A stretch of DNA of 50,247 bases, filler included, from Bipalium vagum (lineage: Eukaryota), in assembly GCA_037834085.1 (NCBI GenBank). It is 2 parts of 2 records of this genome, joined end to end, with 100 filler letters (N's around TTAATTAATTAA, not from the genome) between each part and the next. Parts side by side here need not be neighbours in the genome. Positions count along the whole stretch, not along the records: positions 1 to 21,727 come from JBBMKC010232837.1; positions 21,828 to 50,247 come from JBBMKC010051438.1. One strand, written 5' to 3'. The notes beneath the pieces are model-generated. The model made no database searches, had not been told where the DNA came from, and saw only the letters and a list, made by a program, of their open reading frames with translations. Both the position numbers and the translations under genes were made by a program. Position 1 is the first letter of the stretch. Each line of letters starts with the position of its first letter. Positions 13,701-22,038 of this stretch are shown here, one piece after another.

Positions 13701-16700
13701 CTCAAGAAAAATTTGAAAACCTGGAAGGAGTTGGTTGATTTTGGATTGGTTTGATCCACACATTACTTCCTCAGAGGACATCGATTTGAATCTGGAGCTG
13801 AAATTAAGATGATCTGTAAAGAGTTTTTCGAATCAAAATTAAGAAATTGGTACTTTGACCTCAAAAGAATGCCAGCAGATCGGTGGTGTAAAATTACTGA
13901 ACCTGATGGACTTTATTTTGCAGAGTGATGTTATTGTAAATAAATATATATATCATTATAAATGTATACTTTTGCATCACCCTAGTAGTTTTAATTGTTT
14001 AGAATAAATTTTATATTAGTATATATTTAAAGTCACTTTTTCTGGTTTATAATCAAGTACCGCAGATACTCAAATATAAGTTGAGGGTTTTTTCTATAAA
14101 ATTTGATGAAAAAAATGGGGTCGACTTATATAAGAGTCATTGCAGTTTTAACCAATGTGATGGCTGTATTTATGCAATGTATCACGTTGTGTTCATAATT
14201 GAATACTGGTTATCATTTATGTTTCGTTTTTTTCCAGTTTTTCTCAGCATCACAGTGCTACGCATGATAAATTTATTTCAAATTTCTCAGCTTTTGTTTA
14301 GCACGTCGCTTTCGGATTCCGAATTTTGTGGTTTTGAATAAATGTTACCTGTGATGCCATGTTTGTAAATAAAAATATATAAATATTATTACGAATATTT
14401 TGCAATGAAGTATCAAAAGATTGACATTTTTTCCTTGTTATTTAATGTCATTTTCCAAATGTACGAAAGAGGAAACTACCCAGACATATATTTTTACCTC
14501 GACTTTATAAGAGTCATACGGTTTTTCACAGAATTTCCCATTTTCCCCCTCGACCTATACACGAGGTCGACTTATATTCGAGTATCTACGGTAGTTAGTT
14601 GTTTACATACATCAATTTATTTAAATTTGTTAGCTATTTTATAAATGCTTAAAAACCAGAAATTCGGTTAATTTTGTTACAAGAAACTTGTTCGTAATAT
14701 TGCAGAAGAGACAAAAAGTGTTATCTAGGCATTGAGTGATCAAGCAGTTTCTAAACTGAGCATAAGCAGATGGTTTGAAATTTAAGGGCGGCAAAAACAG
14801 ATTCGAGATAAAAATATTGTTGACGTCTATCAGAATTTGATGATACTCAGTTGAAAACAATAATCGAAACAGACCCTAGGAAAACAACTTCAGAAGTTGG
14901 GAAAAACAAAAGTTCATCATGAAATTAATTGGGAATGAAGGAAGATGAAAAATGGATACTTCATAAGTTGACGAGGATACCTATTCCGAACTTTTTTTAC
15001 TCAACAGAAACGCAGCGCTTCTTGATCGTATAGTATAATATGCAATGATAAATGCATGATAATCGATGACAATCTACTCCATGATTTTGTCATAAGCGTT
15101 CACAACAACAGAAGCGATATTTTAAAATGAATCTCATTATCTGATGAATTTTTTAATACTAAGGAATTGACATAATTTTTTATAAAATAAAAACCAAGTA
15201 TATTAATCTTCCGATCTTAAGTTGGTATTCAAATCGTGATAAATATAATACGAACAAAGAGTTAGTATGGTTTTCTTTTAGTGAGCCTGTGGTTTTGGAG
15301 CTTTTTCGCAAACGAAGTGACGAGAACATTCTTAAACAACGAATTTATTTTCAATTCAGAACTTATTTTTCAAGTAGATTTAGATATAATACAGAAAATT
15401 TATGTGACTAATGCCTGTTCTGTGATCACTTACGTTATTAAGTATGGATTTAAAGTAATCAATACATTCAATTTCACTGAAATATGGGGTATCTTCATCA
15501 GCACACCTCTGTTCTCTATTTCGAAAGCTTTGAAACCGTCAAAGTAAGGTACACTCCATAATTGTTCCGTGGTCAAATGCATCATTGATATTTCGAGAAC
15601 ATCATTGCTTTTTTGAAGTCATAAATCGCACTTAGGTTTATCTTATCTATATTTGAATATTTCACTAAAAATTGTTATACCAATGTTATACTTTTATTGA
15701 AAAAATATAATTTGATATACTACCAATTTTCTACCCTTCCATGCAATGCAACCAACATTTATGAAAGGAGCATGAATATCTTGCACATTAATTTATTTAA
15801 ATATTCGATAAAAAATAGATTATTTAAACAAAAACAAATTTTGACAAATAAATAAAGATTTTATTTTAATTTGCCATTATGATACTTTTTCAAGTTTAAT
15901 CTCATTCTTAAAAATCGAACGGACTTATTCGCCAACCGAATATTATTTAAATTACTTTATTTCATTAAATAAAGTTCATTTGAACTTAATTGACTGGAGT
16001 TTAAAGTTGAAGGTAAAGTCGAACGTTATTTTCCAAAAAAACATAAATAAATATTTAATCATATACGTCTATTTTCTTATTTTTTGATAAATGATTAAAG
16101 ATGTCCCTTGAACATCTAGTAAAAAATTATTATTGGATAATAAAAATAACCTTTAAACAACTTTCAATATCAACCAAATCAAATTTTTACCAAAACATAT
16201 TCTTAAATTTTTAGGTAGCTGCTTCTGTTATTAGAAATTTGTCTTGGAAGGCAAATGATGAGATAAAGCTTTGCTTACGAGAAACAAACATCACCAAAAT
16301 ATTAACCTATGAATCAATGAAATGTGTTAAAGAAAGTTGTTTGAAATCGTTATTGAGTGCTCTTTGGAACATAAGTGCCCATTCGAAAGAGAACAAAAAT
16401 GATATATGCGAGTAAGTTTTGAAAATTAATTCATAGCAAAAATTGAATTATTTATGAAGAGTAAATGGATCACTTGCTTTTTTTGTGGATATTCTCAATT
16501 TCAAGAAAATTGCTTTGGTGGAGAACAGTGGAGGGATTTTACGGAATGTATCAAGTGTGATTGCAACAAATGAAGTTTACAGGTTGGTTCTCTGGAATTT
16601 ATTTATTATTTGATTTTAATGATTTTTTTTATTGATTTTGAGAAGTGTATTTCATATTTCTAAATATTTGATAGATTAATTAAAACAAATTACTGATTCA

Positions 16701-16742
16701 ACACCCAACATTTTGGTCATTTCTTTCTTTCTTTTCCTACCG

Positions 16743-16786
<44 letters not shown>

Positions 16787-19700
16787 CATTATTGTTTAAA
16801 TTCTTACCTCTATTCTCAGTATTGACAATTTAGGATTAGAAAATATACGTATAAAGAACATAATGAAAATCGGAAAATAGCAAAAAATTAAAAAAACTGT
16901 CAATTATGAAGACAGAAAATATAAAGAAAAAAATTATTGTAAAATACAGCTAAAACCAATAAAGACAGTCACACAAAATTTATAATAGTAGTTTTGTTGG
17001 CTGTCCTTGGAAATGAAGAAAAAATTTCTTTCAAAAATGTTCAATATTTGCATGTGATATTAATTTGATACAGTTTCTAAATAATTTTCTCCTATTGATG
17101 TTTAACATTTATATTTAATCCTATAAAAATTGAATTTGATAATTAAGTTTTCTTAAAGTGAGAAATGGTTCTTTCGAAGTTTGAGTTTCTTATTTATTTA
17201 TATTATTTAATATAATGTTCTCCTAAAATAATTTCTGTTTTTGTTCTTAAGATTAAATACAATTAACAAATTAAATCTTTGTTTATCTACTTTGATTTGA
17301 TTGGACTCTGATATCATGGCACCCTTATTGTGTAGCTGTGTTAATTTTGTAAACGAACTCATCAGCTCCAGGCTAACATTAGGATACCATCAATGAGGAC
17401 AACATGGTATTCTGCCAATGGAGAAAACCACATGAGGTCATCAGATGAGTAATTCTGCGTCTCAACTGGAATTCAACCCAGTTTCCTGGCCAAGCCTCGG
17501 GCAGTCCAGGGTAGCATGAAGATACCATCAGACTTTTCCATTAACCACTGTTCCTGATGAGATTCAGCCAAATCAGGAACTTTTCAGGTGGTTTCAAGGC
17601 TCCCCTAGAATTGAACTCAGCTTCCTTGTTTGACATCAGAAGGTGTTTCTTCACCATTATTTCGTATCATCAGCGTTTTGATTAGATAGAATTTATGGAT
17701 GGATAGACCCGAGTAATTGTTCCGTTGTTGCCATAAGATCGCTTCTTACAACTATAATTACACCAACTATAAGTGATGGGTTAGATCTGAGTTCATTTGT
17801 TAAGATTAACTTTAATTAGAGTTACAGCTATTAAACAACTCAAAAAATAAAATTTTCTTCTTAACTTTCCATCTTGTGTTTCAGAAATATCTTAAGACAA
17901 AACAATGCAATTCCTATATTATTAAAGCAGCTGCGTTCAGCAAGCTTAACAATTGTTGGGAATTCATGTGGCACTTTGTGTAACTTGTCAGTTGATTGTC
18001 CCGAAGATCAGCAATTACTGTGGGATCTGGGAGCTGTAGGAATGTTAAAAAACCTTGCTCACTCTAAACATCGAACAATATCCAGTGGTTCTGCCGCAAC
18101 TCTGAAAAATTTATTGTCTGCAAGAGCCTCTTTAAATATCGCTGAACACACTTTAATAAATGCTTTGAAAAGTTGTTCAACTAGCAGTTCTTCTGAATCC
18201 TCTCCGCAAGTTCAAAGTCCTCTGTTGTCTTTACATGTTCGAAAACTAAATGCGTTGGAATCAGATATTGAAAATATTTTACGAAACAATCAATCCGTTT
18301 CTTCATATCCTGATATTAAAAAGTCTCAAGAAATTCATCATTTTGGTCGTCAACCACTGAACAGTTATAATTATACAGATGGCTTAGATAATTCAGATTC
18401 TTTATCATGTTTTAGTAACTTTACAACAATGAAACGATCAGGCTCCGATGAAAGCATGATCAGTGCTCATTCTGATTTGACATTTGATAAACCAAACTTT
18501 CCCACCATTAATGCTAGGTTAAAAAATGCTTCCATGTCATTATCAAAGCAAGAAAAGCAACCAGGATGCCTTATGTCACTGTCAGGGTATTCTAACAGTA
18601 GCGGTCATTATGATCTAACAATGGAACATTGTATGAAAATTTCAAATTTCTCGACAGATACGAGTACTTCAAACATTCAAAACGTGCTAGATCACAATAC
18701 TATCAAACAGAATTCTTATACTAATCAAATGGTTAATGACAAGTTGTACTGCAATCAACCATTTACCAATACGGGAGACCATCATTTATATCGAACCCCA
18801 TTTGTACAGAATCGAAATGATCAAAATTCCGTGACTACTCAAACAAACGTTCTACGAAATATAATCAACATACCACCACCATCAATAAAAGGAAAGTCTA
18901 AAATTTTTAACAATGATTTCCCTTTACCACATAGTGATAATCGCATGAGTCCGTTATCAGAAGTGATTGAAGATGAAATGTCCGATAATTACAATACTAT
19001 CCAATATCTTTCAGAAAACTCTTGTTCTCAAATTCATAAAAATTACCATTCAACTTTCGTACCATTGAAACAATCAGATTTAAATAATAATAACCATTTC
19101 AATTTTATTTCAAAACTCCACACTAATCCCGAAAGTTCTTTCACAGTTTCACGATCAAATTCGATAAATTCCTTAGAGGATTTCCCGTCTCTTTCATTGA
19201 CAAACTCTATGCAAAGTGAATATTCAAAAAATATCAACGAAGACGTTTCAAACACCGAGCTCTCTATTCCAGTGGGTTTTGAATCAGAATCTAACACTCA
19301 CAAAATCTTTTCAACAAAATCTAAGAATTTCATTTCTCCTGGTAAATTATCGAAGTCTGTTCCTTCTGGAGACGCCAAATCATTTGTAAAGAATGAAAAT
19401 CTAATAGATAATTGTGGAAAGAATATTAACTCATTTCCCATTGAAGGAAAAGCAAATCATTCCTTAAACGAAACTTGGTCATTGACTAGTGTCAGTGGGT
19501 CTCATTTAAAAAACTTAAAAGACGAAACATACAACGAAATTAATGACCAAACCGACTTATCTTCGGATTCCGAAGAACTAATGGCTATCTCTCCGGAAAA
19601 TTCAAAAGAATCCAGTGATCATCCCAAAAGACAAATTCTTGTTCAGGTTGACGATGTATCTACAACAACTAAAACCGTTTGCTCCACATTTATGACGAAT

Positions 19701-20451
19701 TCAGCAAACTTGTGTTATCCAACAATAGTTCCTCACAAAACACAGGTTGGTAATATTTCGGATGTTAATTTTGGTAAACCTCCCCAATTCTGTTATTATG
19801 ATATGAATTCTGATCAATACCATTCACCAATGTTTGATAAGATTTGTACGGATAACAGTTTAATGATCAAAGTCTCAACCGATATATATCCTAAGCTTAG
19901 CGGTGGTCCACCAAAACCACCAAAGAGAACCACATCGACGCTATCATCCATGTCTGAAAACTCTGAGATGAAGAGATTTGAACCTAAATCTGAGAGTAAT
20001 AAGTCAGTTGAAATTCCAGAAGATACATCTGACAAATCTGATAATTTGCGAGATTCATCGTCTAATTCAAGTTCACTGATTGTCGCTGAAAACAATTCCA
20101 CTAGCGATTGTGAAGAGGAATTCGTCAGGGAAGTAAATTTTAATGAGGAACCCAAATCCAACAATGACAAACTGATAAGTAAGCCTCTCCAACACCATTC
20201 TCAAGGAATAGGAGGCGGTATTTTAAAGGTATATATTAATGTGTGTATCCTCTTGATGTTACTTTCATTAAAAAATTACTTAATATTGATATTCGATTTA
20301 ACGATTATTATTTAAAACTTCACTTTGTGTTAAATGGTTTATCGATTTAGCACGTACTTTCTTAATTTCTATATATTACAAATAAAAATGTTTTTAGGTC
20401 ATGTGCAATGAAACAGTGTTATCGTATTATATGAAAACTCATACTCTTTGA
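769..20451 (+). CDS. APC: Adenomatous polyposis coli (APC) orthologue, spliced gene model; 5' start and last exon uncertain
   Basis: Exons 769-1186, 1237-1493, 1546-1681, 7241-7339, 12380-12597, 16215-16411, 16460-16582 and 17885-20228 join through GT-AG introns in consistent phase (3792 nt = 1264 codons). The translation has APC hallmarks IQQIRNYCET, LMKMSFNENYR, RRYACMALTNLTFG, IRNLSWKA, LSALWNISAH, GGILRNVSS, LWDLGAVGMLKNL. Tentative terminal exon 20398-20451. Confidence 0.95.
1237..1493 (+). CDS. APC: APC exon
   Basis: catcag| acceptor, frame of ORF 1314-1643, donor gtgact at 1494 (phase 0), then a 52-nt intron. Confidence 0.8.
1546..1681 (+). CDS. APC: APC exon, pre-armadillo conserved region
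   Basis: EFYRFLHDN...IQQIRNYCETL resembles vertebrate LEQIRAYCETC. The phase-1 donor at 1682 matches the phase of the exon at 7241. Confidence 0.85.
1711..1770. repeat. (ATT)n microsatellite, degenerate extension to ~2045
   Basis: Seen directly; generates the poly-Ile ORFs. Confidence 0.95.
3562..3902 (-). mobile_element. Tc1-like (DD34E) transposon 3' fragment
   Basis: Minus strand reads FWPGQSPDLNPTENIWAYIKAKL...LSYSLPKRL with a stop. TIR-like TA|CACACCTGGACAAAA at ~3560. Confidence 0.8.
4631..5700 (-). mobile_element. Decayed mariner (DD34D) element
   Basis: N-terminus MVTFHIRHCLLYD; motifs IVTDDEK, LLHDNARPH, PPYQPDLEPSD. Mariner-type TIR ttaggagtaataacaattagttgcggtttt at 4631. Many stops and frameshifts. 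Confidence 0.9.
5705..6130 (-). mobile_element. rosa/DD41D-like Tc1-mariner 3' fragment
   Basis: Minus strand reads MLFQPDG...FPDRLIS...PDLTAPDF.WGYLKNIVYADKP. TIR-like TA|TGGGGCTTCCATAAGTAACT at 5705. Confidence 0.7.
7241..7339 (+). CDS. APC: APC exon, start of armadillo repeats
   Basis: ttttcag| ... |gtaaga. ATCTLMKMSFNENYRRIICQLG resembles AVCVLMKLSFDEEHRHAMNELG. Confidence 0.95.
9213..10121 (-). mobile_element. Decayed, internally deleted mariner
   Basis: TIR-like ends tatctggttggtaagaaa (~9211) and aatgaccaacctaata (~10108-10123). Transposase remnant HYNFLNQGESMITERYCQKVDEM. Confidence 0.75.
10892..11570 (+). mobile_element. Mariner 5' half, decayed
   Basis: TIR ta|ttgggttgagaaataa; MECQVEYFRHHLLFAFNR, FKNGNFDLKD, AWVPHCL. 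Confidence 0.88.
11592..12150 (+). mobile_element. Mariner 5' fragment (a different subfamily)
   Basis: TIR-like tatttggttagaaaaataa; MAHKMTNKDIRTIYLYE* and TLRLWYVKF. Confidence 0.65.
12380..12597 (+). CDS. APC: APC exon, armadillo repeats
   Basis: GLKALVQL...RRYACMALTNLTFG...SEDVKQ, with ttttag| and |gtaagg boundaries. Confidence 0.96.
13020..13985 (+). mobile_element. Internally deleted mariner with both TIRs
   Basis: Left tgattggtgcaaaaataatggccgttttt, right tatacttttgcatcaccctagta. MNITKFEIRVLLRYF, LEDKSRLGRPS, C-terminal DGLYFAE*. Confidence 0.82.
14060..14591. mobile_element. Non-autonomous pogo/Tc2-type element (MITE, 532 bp)
   Basis: TA-flanked imperfect ~25-bp TIRs: CCGCAGATACTCAAATATAAGTTGA and the reverse complement CCGTAGATACTCGAATATAAGTCGA. 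Internal tcgacttata repeats. Confidence 0.85.
14650..15110 (+). mobile_element. Highly decayed mariner transposase remnant
   Basis: Fragments resemble the mariner HTH region (ISRWF, IIETDPRKTT, KWILHKL). Confidence 0.55.
15250..15941 (-). mobile_element. Highly decayed mariner remnant
   Basis: TIR aatcgaacggacttattcgccaaccgaata at ~15914-15943. Minus-strand fragments resemble RFMTSKKQ, ITEQALVT and LQKPQAH (mariner-like). Confidence 0.55.
16215..16411 (+). CDS. APC: APC exon, armadillo repeats (absent from ORF track)
   Basis: VAASVIRNLSWKANDE...KESCLKSLLSALWNISAHSKENKNDIC, with ttttag| and |gtaagt boundaries. Confidence 0.96.
16460..16582 (+). CDS. APC: APC exon, armadillo repeats (absent from ORF track)
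   Basis: Follows a 48-nt intron. VNGSLAFFVDIL...ENSGGILRNVSSVIATNEVYR; donor gttggt. Confidence 0.95.
16743..16793. repeat. (ATT)n microsatellite
   Basis: Seen directly. Confidence 0.95.
17315..17660 (-). mobile_element. GC-richer interspersed repeat, possibly a tRNA-derived SINE
   Basis: Two B-box-like motifs on the minus strand (GAGTTCAATTC ~17608-17618; GGGTTGAATTCC ~17468-17479), several hairpins, no ORF. Confidence 0.4.
17885..20228 (+). CDS. APC: APC large exon: last armadillo repeats plus Ser/Asn-rich disordered region with degenerate 20-aa repeat/CID
   Basis: Lies within the 813-aa ORF 17874-20315. tttcag| acceptor; probable donor aag|gtatat at 20229, after which the ORF tail looks intron-like. 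Confidence 0.9.
20398..20451 (+). CDS. APC: Tentative terminal APC exon (VMCNETVLSYYMKTHTL*)
   Basis: tttttag| acceptor, phase 0, TGA stop. Alternative donors and acceptors are possible. Confidence 0.35.
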   Translation, partial: VMCNETVLSYYMKTHTL

Positions 20452-20593
20452 GTAAAGTCACACTTGATTAAAGAGAGCACATTATCCCTGAAGCTGTGAA
20501 AAATGAACCAAATGTTAACCAATTGCTTTAAAAAAATTTATGAATAGAAAATACGAAGATTTTTAAATATTTTCTGTAAAGACAAATTTTCAT

Positions 20594-20900
20594 ATTTGGT
20601 TGGCAAAGAATTTGTGCTCTTTTAGATAGAGATAAAAACCTGCAATCATTCAACTAACTTCATTATTCTACGTTTGTAGGACTTTGGTTGACTGGGAAAA
20701 TTGATGTATATATGTTTTCGTATTCAAGGAATACTGTAGAAACCGAAAAATTATAATTGGTATGAATGGAGGATTAGGCAAAGCATCCTACAATTAGTCA
20801 ATAATTTGTTCCGAGTGATCAATGATATATATAAAACTGTAGATCTACATATTTTAAATCCATTTGGCTTCGAGATCCCTTAAATGATTTATATCGAAAT
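20594..20900 (-). mobile_element. Mariner 3' remnant
   Basis: TIR-like tatttggttggcaaagaat. Minus strand DALPNPP resembles the LPHPPYSPD motif. Confidence 0.5.
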
Positions 20901-21657
20901 CTCCGTATCTGAATTTAGCGAATCATTTTATGCGTGTGTTTTTATATTAATAATAAAGCACTAATTAATAATATAATTAATATTATAATAATATAATAAA
21001 GCCCTAAAATAATTTAAGAAATATTATCGATAAAAGCAAGTGTTTTTATCATTTTCAAAATTACAAATCAAAGGTTTGAATAATTAATATCGTTTATTCT
21101 TGACTTAAGATGACTATCATCTTCCGTCTTAAGCAGGACATTATTGAGAACGAAGGTTAAAAAGGTTTGTGAAATTGAACAGAATATTGTAAATCTCTTT
21201 AATATGCAGAATTTTAAGATTGGAAGTAGTTGTATTCTTACACTGTCGGATAAGTACGACAGATTACTTTTCTTTTTTATTGGTTATTACTATTTTATTA
21301 ATTCGATTGATAAGTAGATAAATTCTGATTGTGTTTTTATATTTTTGAACGTCAAAGTACTCTGCCTCACTATCAACATCTTTAGATGATGATAAAATAA
21401 TCCTTTCTAAACAGACAGAAACATTCATTTGAAACTAATCATTATGGCTTCAGCCTCAATTTAATCGAGTATTAATTTCCAAGTCGCTTTATGTAGGCCA
21501 TTGTTTAGATTTCATGCTAGACTAATCGTTTGTATTGTTCAAGAATGCCCATGAAACTAATTATTAGGATAAGAATGTATGTTATTGTTAATGAAAGGAT
21601 GTATTTGTATTGGTTCCATATACAAAACTTCGAGTTAATGCAGAAATATCAATTTAC

Positions 21658-21727
<70 letters not shown>
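21658..21727. repeat. (TAT)n microsatellite ending the contig
   Basis: Perfect run up to the N spacer. Confidence 0.97.
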
Positions 21728-21827
21728 NNNNNNNNNNNNNNNNNNNNNNNNNNNNNNNNNNNNNNNNNNNNTTAATTAATTAANNNNNNNNNNNNNNNNN
21801 NNNNNNNNNNNNNNNNNNNNNNNNNNN
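21728..21827. other. Artificial assembly spacer: 44 N + TTAATTAATTAA + 44 N
   Basis: Exactly 100 bp and symmetric. The central 12-mer (21772-21783) is a palindrome with stops in all six frames. Confidence 0.93.
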
Positions 21828-21910
21828 AATTTAAAATGAAAAAAGTTTAATTCAAAATGAAAAAGTTTAATTTAAAGTGAAAAAGGTTTAATTTAAATTG
21901 AAAAATGGTA
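21828..21910. repeat. ~20-21-bp minisatellite (aatttaaaatgaaaaaagttt)n starting the next contig
   Basis: About four diverged tandem copies immediately after the spacer. Confidence 0.8.
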
Positions 21911-22038
21911 TATTCAAAATTTTAAATTATATTCATATCACAAACTAATCAAATAGCAAATAATTATACAATCGACAAAATCATAGAATGTAAGATTGTT
22001 CAAATTAATGGATTAATATATCAATTAAAATAAATATA

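Noticed and set aside
17555-17791. Intronic C/D-box snoRNA (TGATGA...CTGA)
   Set aside because: The boxes are ~230 nt apart with no terminal stem or recognisable rRNA guide.
19043-20170. Antisense ORFs 19043-19297 and 19814-20170
   Set aside because: Shadow frames of the APC large exon with no independent motifs.
20229-20315. Hydrophobic tail of the 813-aa ORF as a transmembrane anchor on APC
   Set aside because: It begins at a good donor (aag|gtatat) and has intron-like composition, so it is probably read-through into an intron. cDNA is needed to exclude retention.
21100-21450. Possible extra exons (APC 3' end, WDR86 5' end or a minus-strand gene)
   Set aside because: Only short open stretches, with no motif match or convincing exon chain.
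21828-21910. CRISPR-like repeat array
   Set aside because: Tandem minisatellite with no unique spacers, no cas genes, and a eukaryotic context.
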